Assembly: GCA_963832415.1 (NCBI GenBank)
Contig: CAWHTZ010000014.1
Coordinates: forward strand, 295,339 to 359,338
Length of the DNA: 64,000 nucleotides
Direction: 5' to 3'
DNA from: an uncultured Actinomycetota bacterium
Lineage (GTDB): Bacteria; Actinomycetota; Actinomycetes; Propionibacteriales; Nocardioidaceae
Under the pieces are notes generated by a model. The model searched no databases, was not told the origin of the DNA, and was given only the letters and a program-made list of their open reading frames with translations. The translations under genes were made by a program, and so were the position numbers. Positions within the stretch are counted from its first letter, which is position 1. Each line of letters starts with the position of its first letter. Below are positions 42,316 through 54,369 of the stretch, one piece after another.

Positions 42316-42867
42316 TCAGCGTCCCCGCTCGGGCTCCTGCACCGCGAGGAGCGCGTGCACCGGCACGAGGCGAGGCTCGGCGCGCTGCTGCGACCAGGGC
42401 ACCGCCTCGACGAAGTCGGCGCCCACCCGGCGCAGCAGCACCTCGCGCCCGTCACCGTCGGTGGTGTGAAGCACGCAGCGCTCGCCGGCCTGCACGAGGC
42501 GGCGCAGGGCCGAGGCCAACCCGAGGGAGTCCACCGGTGACCACGCCGCCTCCGGCCGGGAGCGGGGTGAGACCCCGCGGACCCCGGTGACCGCCGCGAG
42601 CCGCACGACCCAGTCCTGACGCGGGCCCGCGAGCAGGCACCAGTCGGGGCCCACGCGCGCGAGGACGCCGCGCACGGTCCCGACGGCCGGCAGCTCGAGG
42701 GCGACCTCCCGGCCCGCGCTGGCCATCAGTCGGCTCGCCAGCGTGACCTCGCGGTACTCCGTGAGGCTGCGCTCCGCGAGCTCGGCCTCGCGCTCGGCGG
42801 CGAAGACGCCCTCCGCCTGCTGCTCGAGGTCGTCGAACGTCGCGAAGAGCGACTCCTCCCAGGTCAC
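42316..42867 (-). CDS. Hypothetical protein (coupled, downstream member)
   Basis: 183 codons. GTG 42867 overlaps the upstream stop (GTGA 42864-42867). GC3-rich. No family recognised. The upstream part of the 526-aa track ORF is an artefact. Confidence 0.5.
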   Translation of the reverse strand: MTWEESLFATFDDLEQQAEGVFAAEREAELAERSLTEYREVTLASRLMASAGREVALELPAVGTVRGVLARVGPDWCLLAGPRQDWVVRLAAVTGVRGVSPRSRPEAAWSPVDSLGLASALRRLVQAGERCVLHTTDGDGREVLLRRVGADFVEAVPWSQQRAEPRLVPVHALLAVQEPERGR

Positions 42868-43763
42868 CGCGGGTGCTTCGGGGAGTCGGCAGGCACCGAG
42901 GCGGCGATCCGCTGACGGACCCGCCGGATGCCGGCCCCCGCCGCCGGCGGAACCCGGTCGGGATCGGTCAGCCAGTCGACCAGGGAGGCGTCGTCGGGCA
43001 CCAGGCCGCTGCGCACGTCGGCGTGCGCCGCGGCCAGCAGCGCCCCGGTCCGGGCCACCGGGGCGTCGTCGCCGACCTCGGCGGCGACCCAGCGGTCCGC
43101 CTGCGCGAGCAGGTCGTCGCCGGCCACCTCGTCGCGTCGGGCGCGCAGCGACGCGGCCGCCGCCGGCAGGGCCCCGGCCCCGGCCTCCCCCAGGGAGTCG
43201 CGCAGCTCCTGCGCCAGGTCGTCGAGGTGCCGCTCGAGCAGCCACGAGGGCATGCCGCGCGCCGCCAGCAGGCGGGCGAGCCACTCGGTCTGCGAGATCG
43301 CCTCCTCCGCTCGCAGGGGCACCAGCCCGGCGAGCCACGCGGAGTCCGAGCTGGCGAACCGGGCGCCGCGCGCGCCGTACCGCGCCTCGTAGTAGGGGTT
43401 GGCCGCCCACGTGGCGTGGGCCGCCCGCACGGCGGCGCGCAGCACCGGCGCCTCGGCGACGACCGCATGGTGGCCGGCGTCCGCGTTGACCAGGCTCGCG
43501 TCGGCCTGGCGGCCGTGGTCGCGCCGGCCGAGGCCGACGTCGACCCGCCCCACCAGCTCGGCGACGAGCTCGGCCAGCCGGGGCGGCGGTGCGTCCAGCA
43601 GCCGCCGAAGCTCCTCGGGATCGATGGTCCCGGCGGCCAGCGAGAGCCGTTCCACCCCGACCACCGACGCGTGGACGGCCGGGTCGTCGAGAAGTCCGGC
43701 CTCCTCGCGGCCCGCGTGCTCGCGCAAGAGCGCCCGCGCCTCGCCTGTGGGCATGGCGGCCAT
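42864..43763 (-). CDS. Hypothetical protein (coupled, upstream member)
   Basis: 299 aa from ATG 43763 (MAAMPTGE). Helical, Ala/Leu/Arg-rich. No family recognised. Confidence 0.5.
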   Translation of the reverse strand: MAAMPTGEARALLREHAGREEAGLLDDPAVHASVVGVERLSLAAGTIDPEELRRLLDAPPPRLAELVAELVGRVDVGLGRRDHGRQADASLVNADAGHHAVVAEAPVLRAAVRAAHATWAANPYYEARYGARGARFASSDSAWLAGLVPLRAEEAISQTEWLARLLAARGMPSWLLERHLDDLAQELRDSLGEAGAGALPAAAASLRARRDEVAGDDLLAQADRWVAAEVGDDAPVARTGALLAAAHADVRSGLVPDDASLVDWLTDPDRVPPAAGAGIRRVRQRIAASVPADSPKHPR

Positions 43764-43885
43764 CCTGCCGCATCCGTGCCGGCGCCGACCTCCTGCGCCG
43801 CCGCTCACCTGTGGAGAGCGGCTTGACCACCTGGTCCCACTCAGCGTTGTATGAGGCAAACCAAGGCAAACGAAGGGATACAGCC

Positions 43886-44563
43886 GTGAAAAGCATGCGT
43901 AGCCATACAAACGGCTACTCTGCACGCATCCGCGCCCTGATCCTGGGTCTCGCAGGATCCGCGCTGGCTCTCGCCGTCGTGGCCGCGGTGGCCACGACGC
44001 TGGCAGACCTGCTGCGGCGCCCGGCCGCGGGCGCACCGACGGGTGAGCGGTGGAGGGCGCTCGACTCGGCCCCGCCGGCCGACCTGCTCGCCGGCCTCGC
44101 CGCGCTCGTGCTGGCGGCGTGCACGTGCTGGCTCTGGGCGGGGTTCCTGGCCACGCTGGTGCGGGTGTTCGCCGGGGGCGATCCCGCCCGCAGGGCGGCC
44201 GGCGTGCCGCACGCCGTCCACCGCGCTGCCCTCGCCGGCTGCGGCCTCGCGCTCGCGGGCGGCGCCCTCGCGCCGGCCGCCGCGATGCCCACCGGCCTGC
44301 ACGAGGAGCCCGAGCGGGCGTCGCTGCGCGCGCCGAGCGCGGTGGCCACGACTCCGGCCCCCGACGCCACCTGGACCGTGCGACGCGGCGACACCCTGTG
44401 GGGCATCGCCCGCGCCTCGCTGGCCGACGTCCCCGGGACCGCGCACCCGCCCGACGAGGCCGTCGCCGCCCGCGTGCGCCTCCTGCACCGGCTCAACCAC
44501 GAGGTCGTGCCGGACCCCGACCTGATCCTGCCCACCCAGCAGCTCCGGCTGCCGTCCGCCTGA
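43886..44563 (+). CDS. LysM domain membrane protein
   Basis: TM segments (ILGLAGSALALAVVAAVA; LAALVLAACTCWLWAGFLATLV) and C-terminal LysM (WTVRRGDTLWGIARASL). GTG 43886 after GAAGGGA. Confidence 0.7.
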   Translation: MKSMRSHTNGYSARIRALILGLAGSALALAVVAAVATTLADLLRRPAAGAPTGERWRALDSAPPADLLAGLAALVLAACTCWLWAGFLATLVRVFAGGDPARRAAGVPHAVHRAALAGCGLALAGGALAPAAAMPTGLHEEPERASLRAPSAVATTPAPDATWTVRRGDTLWGIARASLADVPGTAHPPDEAVAARVRLLHRLNHEVVPDPDLILPTQQLRLPSA

Positions 44564-44573
44564 GAGGTCCCCC

Positions 44574-45155
44574 ATGGACACGAGCACACCGGTCCGCCCG
44601 GCCCGGCCGGGAGGCCCCGGCCGCCGCCCGCCGCGCCCCACCCCGGTCGGCGCGGTGCAAGGCACCCTCGCCCTGCACCTGCTGGACGACCCCCCCGACC
44701 ACGTGGACCCGCCCGAGGGCGCCCCGGCGGCCCGGTGGGCGCCGCAGCCGGCCGACGTCGTCCCCATCGACCGGCGCCTGCGGCGCGAGATCGACGCGTG
44801 GGCACCCCGGTTCACCCAGGCCGCGGTCGAGGTGGCCGCCGCCGAGCGGCCGGCGCAGCAGCTGCTGCGCTGGACCTCGCCAGAGGTCTACCGCGACCTC
44901 GAGCGGCGGGGGCGGCTGGTCGCGCGGGCCAGCGTGCACGACCCCGCCTCCGGGTCGCCCCGGCGGGCCGCGCAGCGAGCGAGCGGGGCCCCCGGCGGCC
45001 GCCCCCGCGTGCTGAGCACCCGGGCCTGCGTGGTGAGCGCGACGGCCGTCGAGGTGAGCGCCCACGTGCGGCACGGTCGGCGCTCGCGCGCCGTCGCCGT
45101 GCGTTTCGAGCGACGCGAGGACCGCTGGGTCTGCACCGCCCTGGAGTTCGCCTGA
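44574..45155 (+). CDS. Rv3235-family conserved actinobacterial protein
   Basis: 193 aa. The C-terminal ...VEVSAHVRHGRRSRAVAVRFERREDRWVCTALEF pattern and the position next to secA match my memory of this family. Confidence 0.65.
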   Translation: MDTSTPVRPARPGGPGRRPPRPTPVGAVQGTLALHLLDDPPDHVDPPEGAPAARWAPQPADVVPIDRRLRREIDAWAPRFTQAAVEVAAAERPAQQLLRWTSPEVYRDLERRGRLVARASVHDPASGSPRRAAQRASGAPGGRPRVLSTRACVVSATAVEVSAHVRHGRRSRAVAVRFERREDRWVCTALEFA

Positions 45156-45159
45156 GGCG

Positions 45160-47985
<2,826 letters not shown>

Positions 47986-48063
47986 TACAAGCCTCTTCCG
48001 GTTTGGTGATGAGGGCCGTCGGCCATGCTACCCACCGAGCCCATCGCGCACGGCCGTCCCCGC

Positions 48064-48693
48064 TCAGGGGCGCACGGCCACGCCGCGCGCGTGCGGCGCG
48101 GCGGGCGCGCGCGACCCCTCCGGGAACGCGTACCGCTGCACGTCCTCGACCTCCAGCCCCGCCGCGCGGATCGCCGCCACGGTGTCCCGGGCGGTGTGGC
48201 AGCCGCCGAAGAGCCGCGGCCAGAAGGTCCGGTCCAGGCCCCGCTGCACCCGCGCGACGGCGTCGCGCTCGCCCCGCACGTGCTCCATGAACAGCAGCCG
48301 GCCCCCCGGCCGCAGCACCCGTCGGGCCTCGGCCAGCGCCACCGCTTGGTCGGGCACGGAGCACAGGACCAGGAAGCAGACCACGGTGTCGGCGGACTCG
48401 TCGGGCACGGGAAGCCGCTCCGCGACGCCCTCGACCACGTCGGTCGGCGCGGGGGCCGCGTGGGCCCGGGCCGCGGCAAGCTCCCGCAGCCGGGGCTCGG
48501 GCTCGACCGCCAGGACACGCGTCACCGCCGCCGGGTAGTGCGGGAGGTTCGCCCCGTCACCGGCGCCGATCTCGACGACGACGCCGGACGCGCCGGCGAG
48601 CACGTGCAACCGCTGCTCGGCGAGGCCGTGCCGCTCCAGCAACGGCGCGAGACGCGCCCAGAAGCGCGCGAACAGCGGATGACGTTCAGTCAC
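48064..48693 (-). CDS. Class I SAM-dependent methyltransferase
   Basis: Motif I VVEIGAGDGAN and post-I/II motifs. Start overlaps the upstream gene's end by 8 nt. Confidence 0.85.
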   Translation of the reverse strand: MTERHPLFARFWARLAPLLERHGLAEQRLHVLAGASGVVVEIGAGDGANLPHYPAAVTRVLAVEPEPRLRELAAARAHAAPAPTDVVEGVAERLPVPDESADTVVCFLVLCSVPDQAVALAEARRVLRPGGRLLFMEHVRGERDAVARVQRGLDRTFWPRLFGGCHTARDTVAAIRAAGLEVEDVQRYAFPEGSRAPAAPHARGVAVRP

Positions 48694-49897
48694 GGGCGAA
48701 CACCTCGGCGGCGAGGGGCCCCGCGAGGTCCCCGCGGTCGGCGACAGCCACCTCGCCCAGTCCCAGCCAGCCTGCCATCCGGTGCAGCTCGGCGGCCAGG
48801 GCGGCCGCCGTCTCCGGCGGGGCGTCGGACTCCGCGTGCGCCCCCGGCACCAGCAGTCGTCCGGTCGCCCGGTCCGCCTTGAGGTCGACCCGGGCGACGA
48901 GGCGGTCGTCGAGGAGGAAGGGCAGCACGTAGTAGCCGTGCACCCGCCGCTCCGGTGGGACGTAGATCTCGATGCGGTAGCGGAACCCGAACAGCGCCTC
49001 CGTGCGGGCGCGCTCCCAGCACACCGGGTCGAACGGGCTCAGCAGCGTGCGCGCCTCGACCCGCCGGGGCACCCGCGCCCCGACGTGCAGGTAGGCCGGC
49101 CGGTCCCAGCCCTCGACGGCGACCGGTGAGAGCTCGCCCTCCTCGACCAGCGAGTCGACCGCCGCCCGCGCGTCGGCGAGCAGCGGCATCCGGTAGTAGT
49201 CGCGGAGGCAGCCGACGGTGGCGACGCCGTGCGAGCGTGCCGCCCGCCGCACCAGCTCGCGGTCGGCCTCGGCCGTCGTCGGCGTCGGCCGGGCGAGGAC
49301 GTCGGGGGGCAGGACCCGCCCCGGCAGGTCGTAGCGCGGCTCGAACTGGGGCGTGCGGCCGGCGATGGCCAGCTCGCCGGTCATGTAGAGCAGGTCGAGC
49401 GCCTTGCGGGCCTCGGACCAGTTCCACCCCCAGTGCTCGGTGCGCCGCGGGGCTCCGTCGTCGAGGTCGCCGGCCGTGCAGGCACCGCGTTTTGCGACGG
49501 CGTCACGCACCTGCACGAGGAGGTCGTCACCGACCCCCGCGAACCACTTGCCACGGCGCTCGGCATACCAGCGCATGCGGTGTCGCATCACGGGCCACAG
49601 GTCGACGGGCATCAGGGCCTGGACGTGCGCCCAGTACTCGACGAGCCGGCGCGGGCGCGCCTCGGCGGCGCGGTGCAGGAGGTCCGGGTCGTAGGGGCCC
49701 ATCCGGCTGTACAGGGGCATGTAGTGCGCCCGCCGCAGCACGTTGACCGAGTCGACCTGGAGCACCCCCGTCCGCGCGACGGTGCGGCGGAGGGTGGCCA
49801 TGGTGGGCCGGGCATGCGGGGGATCGCAGAAGCCCTGCGCCGCGAGCGCCACGCGCCGCGCCTGGGCGCGGGAGAGACGCTCCGGCCGCCGGCTCAC
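48686..49897 (-). CDS. Winged-helix YcaQ/AlkZ-family protein (putative crosslink-repair DNA glycosylase)
   Basis: 403 aa. N-terminal LSRAQARRVALAAQGF and overall architecture match the YcaQ family from memory. Confidence 0.75.
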   Translation of the reverse strand: MSRRPERLSRAQARRVALAAQGFCDPPHARPTMATLRRTVARTGVLQVDSVNVLRRAHYMPLYSRMGPYDPDLLHRAAEARPRRLVEYWAHVQALMPVDLWPVMRHRMRWYAERRGKWFAGVGDDLLVQVRDAVAKRGACTAGDLDDGAPRRTEHWGWNWSEARKALDLLYMTGELAIAGRTPQFEPRYDLPGRVLPPDVLARPTPTTAEADRELVRRAARSHGVATVGCLRDYYRMPLLADARAAVDSLVEEGELSPVAVEGWDRPAYLHVGARVPRRVEARTLLSPFDPVCWERARTEALFGFRYRIEIYVPPERRVHGYYVLPFLLDDRLVARVDLKADRATGRLLVPGAHAESDAPPETAAALAAELHRMAGWLGLGEVAVADRGDLAGPLAAEVFARD

Positions 49898-49925
49898 GCG
49901 GGGCCGGGGCGCCGGGTCCCCGGGG

Positions 49926-50615
49926 TCACGGGATGTCGAGGAGCTTCTCGCGAACGGCGTACATGACCGCCTCCATGCGCGAGTGCAGCTGCAGCTTCTC
50001 CAGGATGTTGCGCACGTGGTTCTTGACGGTGTTCTCGCTGATGAAGAGCCGGCGGGCGATCTCGCGGTTGTTCATGCCCTCCGCGACCAGGCGGAGGACC
50101 TCCAGCTCACGCTCCGTGAGGCGCAGCGCAGAGCCCTGGGTCCGCTCGGGGCGAGACATCTGCTTGAACTCGTCGATCAGCTTGACAGCCATGCTGGGGC
50201 TGATCAGCGACTGGCCCTCGGCGACGACGCGGACGGCCTGGGCGACCTCGTCGATGGACGAGTCCTTCAGCAGGTAGCCCGACGCACCCCCCTTCACCGC
50301 CTCGTAGAGGTCCGCCTCCTCGTCGGAGACGGTGAGCATGATGATCCTGGCGTCCGGGACCTTCTCCTTGATGGCGAGGCAGGCCTCGATGCCCGAGCGT
50401 CCCGGCATGCGCACGTCGAGGAGCACCACGTCGGGATCGCTCAGGCTGGCCAGCTCGATGCCCTGGTCCCCGTCGCCCGCCTCCCCCACGACCTCGATCC
50501 CGGGCTCCGCGGCGAGCAGCATCGTCACCCCGCGGCGGAACAGCTCCTGGTCGTCGACGACCAGGACCCGCACGGTCCGGGTGGTCAGGTCCAACCCCAT
50601 GGGCACGTCCGTCAT
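49926..50615 (-). CDS. NarL/LuxR-family response regulator (orphan)
   Basis: Receiver domain (VLVVDDQ...LLDVRMPG) plus LuxR HTH (LTERELEVLRLVAEGMNNREIARRLFISENTVKNH). ATG 50615 after GGGAGGA. Confidence 0.85.
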   Translation of the reverse strand: MTDVPMGLDLTTRTVRVLVVDDQELFRRGVTMLLAAEPGIEVVGEAGDGDQGIELASLSDPDVVLLDVRMPGRSGIEACLAIKEKVPDARIIMLTVSDEEADLYEAVKGGASGYLLKDSSIDEVAQAVRVVAEGQSLISPSMAVKLIDEFKQMSRPERTQGSALRLTERELEVLRLVAEGMNNREIARRLFISENTVKNHVRNILEKLQLHSRMEAVMYAVREKLLDIP

Positions 50616-50735
50616 GTCGGGATCCTCCCATGGGGGGCACCCGCCCGGGGTCCGTTCGGACCATCGCGATCTCACCCGAACGGGGGGGCTGGCGGGACGG
50701 AAGGCCCCTCGGGCCCGGTCGGCCGGCGGCTCAGC

Positions 50736-51395
50736 TCAGACCGCCTCCTCCTCGCCGAGCTCGAGCGAGATCACGCCGTAGTCGTAGCCACGGCGGCGGT
50801 ACACCACCGCCGGGCGCTCGCTCTCCTTGTCGACGAAGAGGTAGAAGTCGTGGCCCACGAGCTCCATCTCGTAGAGCGCCTGGTCGAGGGTCATCGGGGT
50901 GGCCCGGTGGGTCTTCTCGCGCACCACCAGCGGCCCGTCCCCGTCCACGGCCACGGGCCCGACGTGCCGCTCGTAGACGTGCCCCTGCTCCTCGGACGCG
51001 GCGCCCGACGTGGCCTCGTCGCCGTCCGGGAGCCCGTCCGGCACGACGTCGGCCATCGCCTCGCCCACGGAGACGGGGCGGTGCTTGCCGCGGTGCACCC
51101 GTCGGCGGTCCGCCGCGCGGCGCATCTGGGAGGCCATCTTGTCGACGGCGAGGTCGAGGGCGCCCATCTTGTCCTCGGCGGCGGCCTCGGCCCGGATCAC
51201 GGGGCCCTTGGAGAACGCAGTCAGCTCGATGCGCACGGCTCGGTCGTGCTGCCGGGGGTTCCGCTCCTTCTCGAGCTCGACCTGGACCCGCTGGATGCGG
51301 TGGTCGTGCTTCTCGAGCTTGGTGAGCTTCTCCTCGACATGACTGCGGAATCGGTCCGACACCTCGCAGTGCCTGCCCGTGACCACGACGTCCAT
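50736..51395 (-). CDS. hpf: Ribosome hibernation promoting factor (long HPF)
   Basis: MDVVVTGRHCEVSDRFRSHVEEKL N-terminal S30AE domain and C-terminal dimerisation domain (DFYLFVDKESERPAVVYRRRGYDYGVI). GGGAGG precedes ATG 51395. Confidence 0.9.
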   Translation of the reverse strand: MDVVVTGRHCEVSDRFRSHVEEKLTKLEKHDHRIQRVQVELEKERNPRQHDRAVRIELTAFSKGPVIRAEAAAEDKMGALDLAVDKMASQMRRAADRRRVHRGKHRPVSVGEAMADVVPDGLPDGDEATSGAASEEQGHVYERHVGPVAVDGDGPLVVREKTHRATPMTLDQALYEMELVGHDFYLFVDKESERPAVVYRRRGYDYGVISLELGEEEAV

Positions 51396-51785
51396 GTGCA
51401 ACCTCCCGTGCTGTTGGGTGTGGGTCAGTCCCCGAACCCCCGCCTGGGGGAAGGAGTCCGCCCGGCCGACCTGGTCTTCGTCCCCACAGTCGCCTGCTGA
51501 GGTGCTCGCGGCTCGTCTGCCGTCCCCGGCACCACTACTGACCTTCTCCCGGACACCGCCACGCCGTGCGGCGGGACCGGGGCAGGGCTTACTTCTAAGC
51601 CGCACCGTGATCGGTGGCCGGTCCACACGGACCGACCGACCTTACGTGGGCCGTTTTGCCTGCGACTGGCATCGGCTTGTCGCCTCGGCGCCCGGGGTGT
51701 CCCGTGCGACGCGACGACGCAACCACGGACCCGGGCGGACTCCATGCACGGACGGTAGTGCGTCGGGGGCCCGGAGGAAAGCCGG

Positions 51786-52529
51786 TCACCCCCGGCCTGG
51801 ACCGGAGGTCCCGGGCGGCGGCCCCTCGACCGGCCGGCGCCGCGGGGTCGCGGCCACCGCGGCACCGCCGAGGACGGGGACTCCGGCGGCGGCGAGCGCG
51901 CGCTGGGCCTCGCCCATGGTGGCGCCCGTGGTGATGACGTCGTCGCAGACGATCACGGCGGCGCGGCGGCCACCGCGGGCCGCCCGGCGCAACGCCGCCG
52001 GACGGATGGCCAGCGCGCCCGCGAGGTTGGCGGCGCGAGCGGCGGCGTCCAACCCCGCCTGGTCCACCACGCCGCCGCGGTGGCGCAGGAGGTCCACCGC
52101 GGCGACGGGCACGCAGGCGCGGCGCAGGACGCCGGCCGCTCCCCGCGTCAGGGTGCGCATCGGCGCGTGCCCCCGGGACCGGTCGCTGCCGGGGCGGGAC
52201 GGGACCGGCACGAGCAGGACGGCGCATCCCTGCCCTCCCCCGGTGTCGAGCAGCAGCTCGGCGCAGGAGAGCGCCAGCAGCCTGGCCATCAGCGGCGCGT
52301 GGGCGTGCCGGGCGTGCTCCTTGTGGCCGATCACGAGGGTGCGCAGGAGCCCGTCGTACTCCCCGGCCGCCCAGGGGCGGACCAGCCCCGGGGGTGACGG
52401 GTCGGGGTCGGCGGGCCGGGCCCTCGCCGGGAGCCCGGCCGCGCAGGCACCGCACAGCAGCCGGCCCGGCCGGCCGCAGCCCTCGCAGGAGGATCCGGTC
52501 AGCAGGTCCCAGGCGGCGTCGGCAAGCAC
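51786..52529 (-). CDS. ComF-family phosphoribosyltransferase-like protein
   Basis: N-terminal CxxC..CxxC (CEGCG...CGAC) and C-terminal PRPP motif (VIVCDDVITTGAT). Confidence 0.75.
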   Translation of the reverse strand: MLADAAWDLLTGSSCEGCGRPGRLLCGACAAGLPARARPADPDPSPPGLVRPWAAGEYDGLLRTLVIGHKEHARHAHAPLMARLLALSCAELLLDTGGGQGCAVLLVPVPSRPGSDRSRGHAPMRTLTRGAAGVLRRACVPVAAVDLLRHRGGVVDQAGLDAAARAANLAGALAIRPAALRRAARGGRRAAVIVCDDVITTGATMGEAQRALAAAGVPVLGGAAVAATPRRRPVEGPPPGTSGPGRG

Positions 52530-52620
52530 GGCCCCGAGCCGAGCACCGGCGCGAGGGTCGGGTCGGGCGCGGAGGCGGGCCTGGGGAAGGAGCCGGCCGT
52601 CCGGTCGCCTGTGGACGCGG

Positions 52621-54369
52621 TCAGCCCACGAAGCTGAGCGCGGTCAGGTCCTCCGGGAACGGGCCGACCAGCTCGTCGGGCGACCGGAGGGAGATGATGC
52701 CCTCGGGCGTGCGGACGTAGACGGGCTCCGAGGCCACGGGCGACGACGCGATGCGGAGCACCCGCTCGCGCAGCAGGTCGGAGGAGCCGTCGTCGTCGAG
52801 GCTGGCCGGCGACCCGTCGACGGCCAGGGTGCGCAGCTCGGTCAGCTCGCCCCCCAGCCGGTTGACGACGACGACGTCGGTCGGCGAGCTCCAGCCCAGG
52901 TCGCGCACCTGGAACGCCTCGCCGCCCGGCCCGAGCTCCGCCGGCGCACCCACCCCCAGGACGCGACCCGAGCGGGGATCCACCCGCACGCGGCTGACCC
53001 GGATGACGTCGCCGCCCCGCGCGTCGGGTCGGTCGAGGACCGTCACGAGCCGGGAGCCGTCGCGCGAGACGAGCACCTGCTGCACGTCGCGCCGGCCCGT
53101 CACCCCGGGGACCCGGACGCGGCGGCGCTCCTCGCCGCGGGCCACGGAGACCCGCACGCCGTCCGGGGTCCGGTCGACGAGCCACAGTCGTCCGTCGTGG
53201 TCCCAGGCCGGGCGCAGCAGGTTCGAGCCGGGGTAGCGGACGACGCTCGCCCCGGCCTCCTCGTCCACCGGTCCCAGCCAGGCAGCGCTGCCGTCGCGCG
53301 AGATCCCGGCGACCCGCGTGGCCCGCAGGCCCACGGCCAGGTCGCGCAACGCGTAGTCGCCCGATCCCAGCGGCCCGCTGACCGGCTCCGTCCCCCCGGG
53401 GGTGACGACGACCACCCGGCCCCGGCGGAGGCCGAAGAGCTGAGAGCTGGAGGTCAGCAGCGTGGGGTCCACGTCGGCGTACGCCTCCACGGGCAGCTCG
53501 GACGGCCCGTCGGGCGCGCTGATGGGCTCGCCGCCGATGCTCAGCCGGAGGGCGCGGATGCCGGGGTCCTGACGCAGCGTCCAGGCCAGCTGGGCGAGCG
53601 CGAGCCCCCGGGCCGCCGGGGGCAGGGCGGCCGGGTCGCCCTGGAGCGAGACCTCGGCGACGCCCTCGGTGGAGACCACCACCGAGAGCTCGACGGCGGT
53701 GCCCGGCGGGAGGAAGCTCCGCTCGACGCCGCGCAGGGCGCCCCCCGGCCCGGCCAGGAGCCCCCGCACGAGGCCCGTCGCGAGCTGCTCGCCCTGGGGC
53801 AGCCACACGGGCTCCGGCACCAGCACGGTGGCCGTGGGGTCGAAGAAGTGGAGGTTGACCCGGCGGAACTGCTGGGCGAACCACGCCTGCGGCACGACGA
53901 GGGCGTCGGGGGCGTCGGCGATCCGCCACTCGCCGTCCTCCTGCACGAGGGGAAGGCTGAGATCGGTCTCCCCGGACGACGTCGACCCGCGCCAGCGCCC
54001 GCGGCCATCGAGCCGGGCGGTCCCCCGGAGCCCGACCGTCACCACGGTGGTGCCCCTCGGAGGCCCGCTCTCCTCATAGGTGAGGATCCCGCGGTCGGGG
54101 TCCCAGTCGGTCTGCTCGTCCTCCGCGAGGAACTGCCGCGCCACGCTGGGCTGCAGCGGCACGGCGGTCATCGCGTCGAGGAAGTGCCGCACCACGTCGC
54201 GCGGGGACTCCCCGGGCTGCGGCGGCTTGGGCACGTAGGCGACCCCCGGGCCCCGCACCTCGGACTGCGGGTCCTCCGAGACGACGACGGGACCGTCCTG
54301 CGGGAGCGCCACGCAGCCGGCCGCCGGCAGCAGGGCCAGCAGGAGCAGGAGGCGGCGCCGCGGCATCAC
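52621..54369 (-). CDS. lpqB: Lipoprotein LpqB
   Basis: Lipobox LLPAAGC. 582 aa. Start overlaps the mtrB stop by 4 nt. Canonical mtrA-mtrB-lpqB order. Confidence 0.85.
   Translation of the reverse strand: MMPRRRLLLLLALLPAAGCVALPQDGPVVVSEDPQSEVRGPGVAYVPKPPQPGESPRDVVRHFLDAMTAVPLQPSVARQFLAEDEQTDWDPDRGILTYEESGPPRGTTVVTVGLRGTARLDGRGRWRGSTSSGETDLSLPLVQEDGEWRIADAPDALVVPQAWFAQQFRRVNLHFFDPTATVLVPEPVWLPQGEQLATGLVRGLLAGPGGALRGVERSFLPPGTAVELSVVVSTEGVAEVSLQGDPAALPPAARGLALAQLAWTLRQDPGIRALRLSIGGEPISAPDGPSELPVEAYADVDPTLLTSSSQLFGLRRGRVVVVTPGGTEPVSGPLGSGDYALRDLAVGLRATRVAGISRDGSAAWLGPVDEEAGASVVRYPGSNLLRPAWDHDGRLWLVDRTPDGVRVSVARGEERRRVRVPGVTGRRDVQQVLVSRDGSRLVTVLDRPDARGGDVIRVSRVRVDPRSGRVLGVGAPAELGPGGEAFQVRDLGWSSPTDVVVVNRLGGELTELRTLAVDGSPASLDDDGSSDLLRERVLRIASSPVASEPVYVRTPEGIISLRSPDELVGPFPEDLTALSFVG

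Noticed and set aside
43764-43885. A cyclic-di-AMP (ydaO-type) riboswitch upstream of the LysM protein gene, as seen upstream of some actinobacterial cell-wall genes.
   Set aside because: Only about 120 nt are available, shared with a divergent promoter. I could not recognise the conserved ydaO pseudo-symmetric elements by eye. An Infernal scan would be needed to revisit this.
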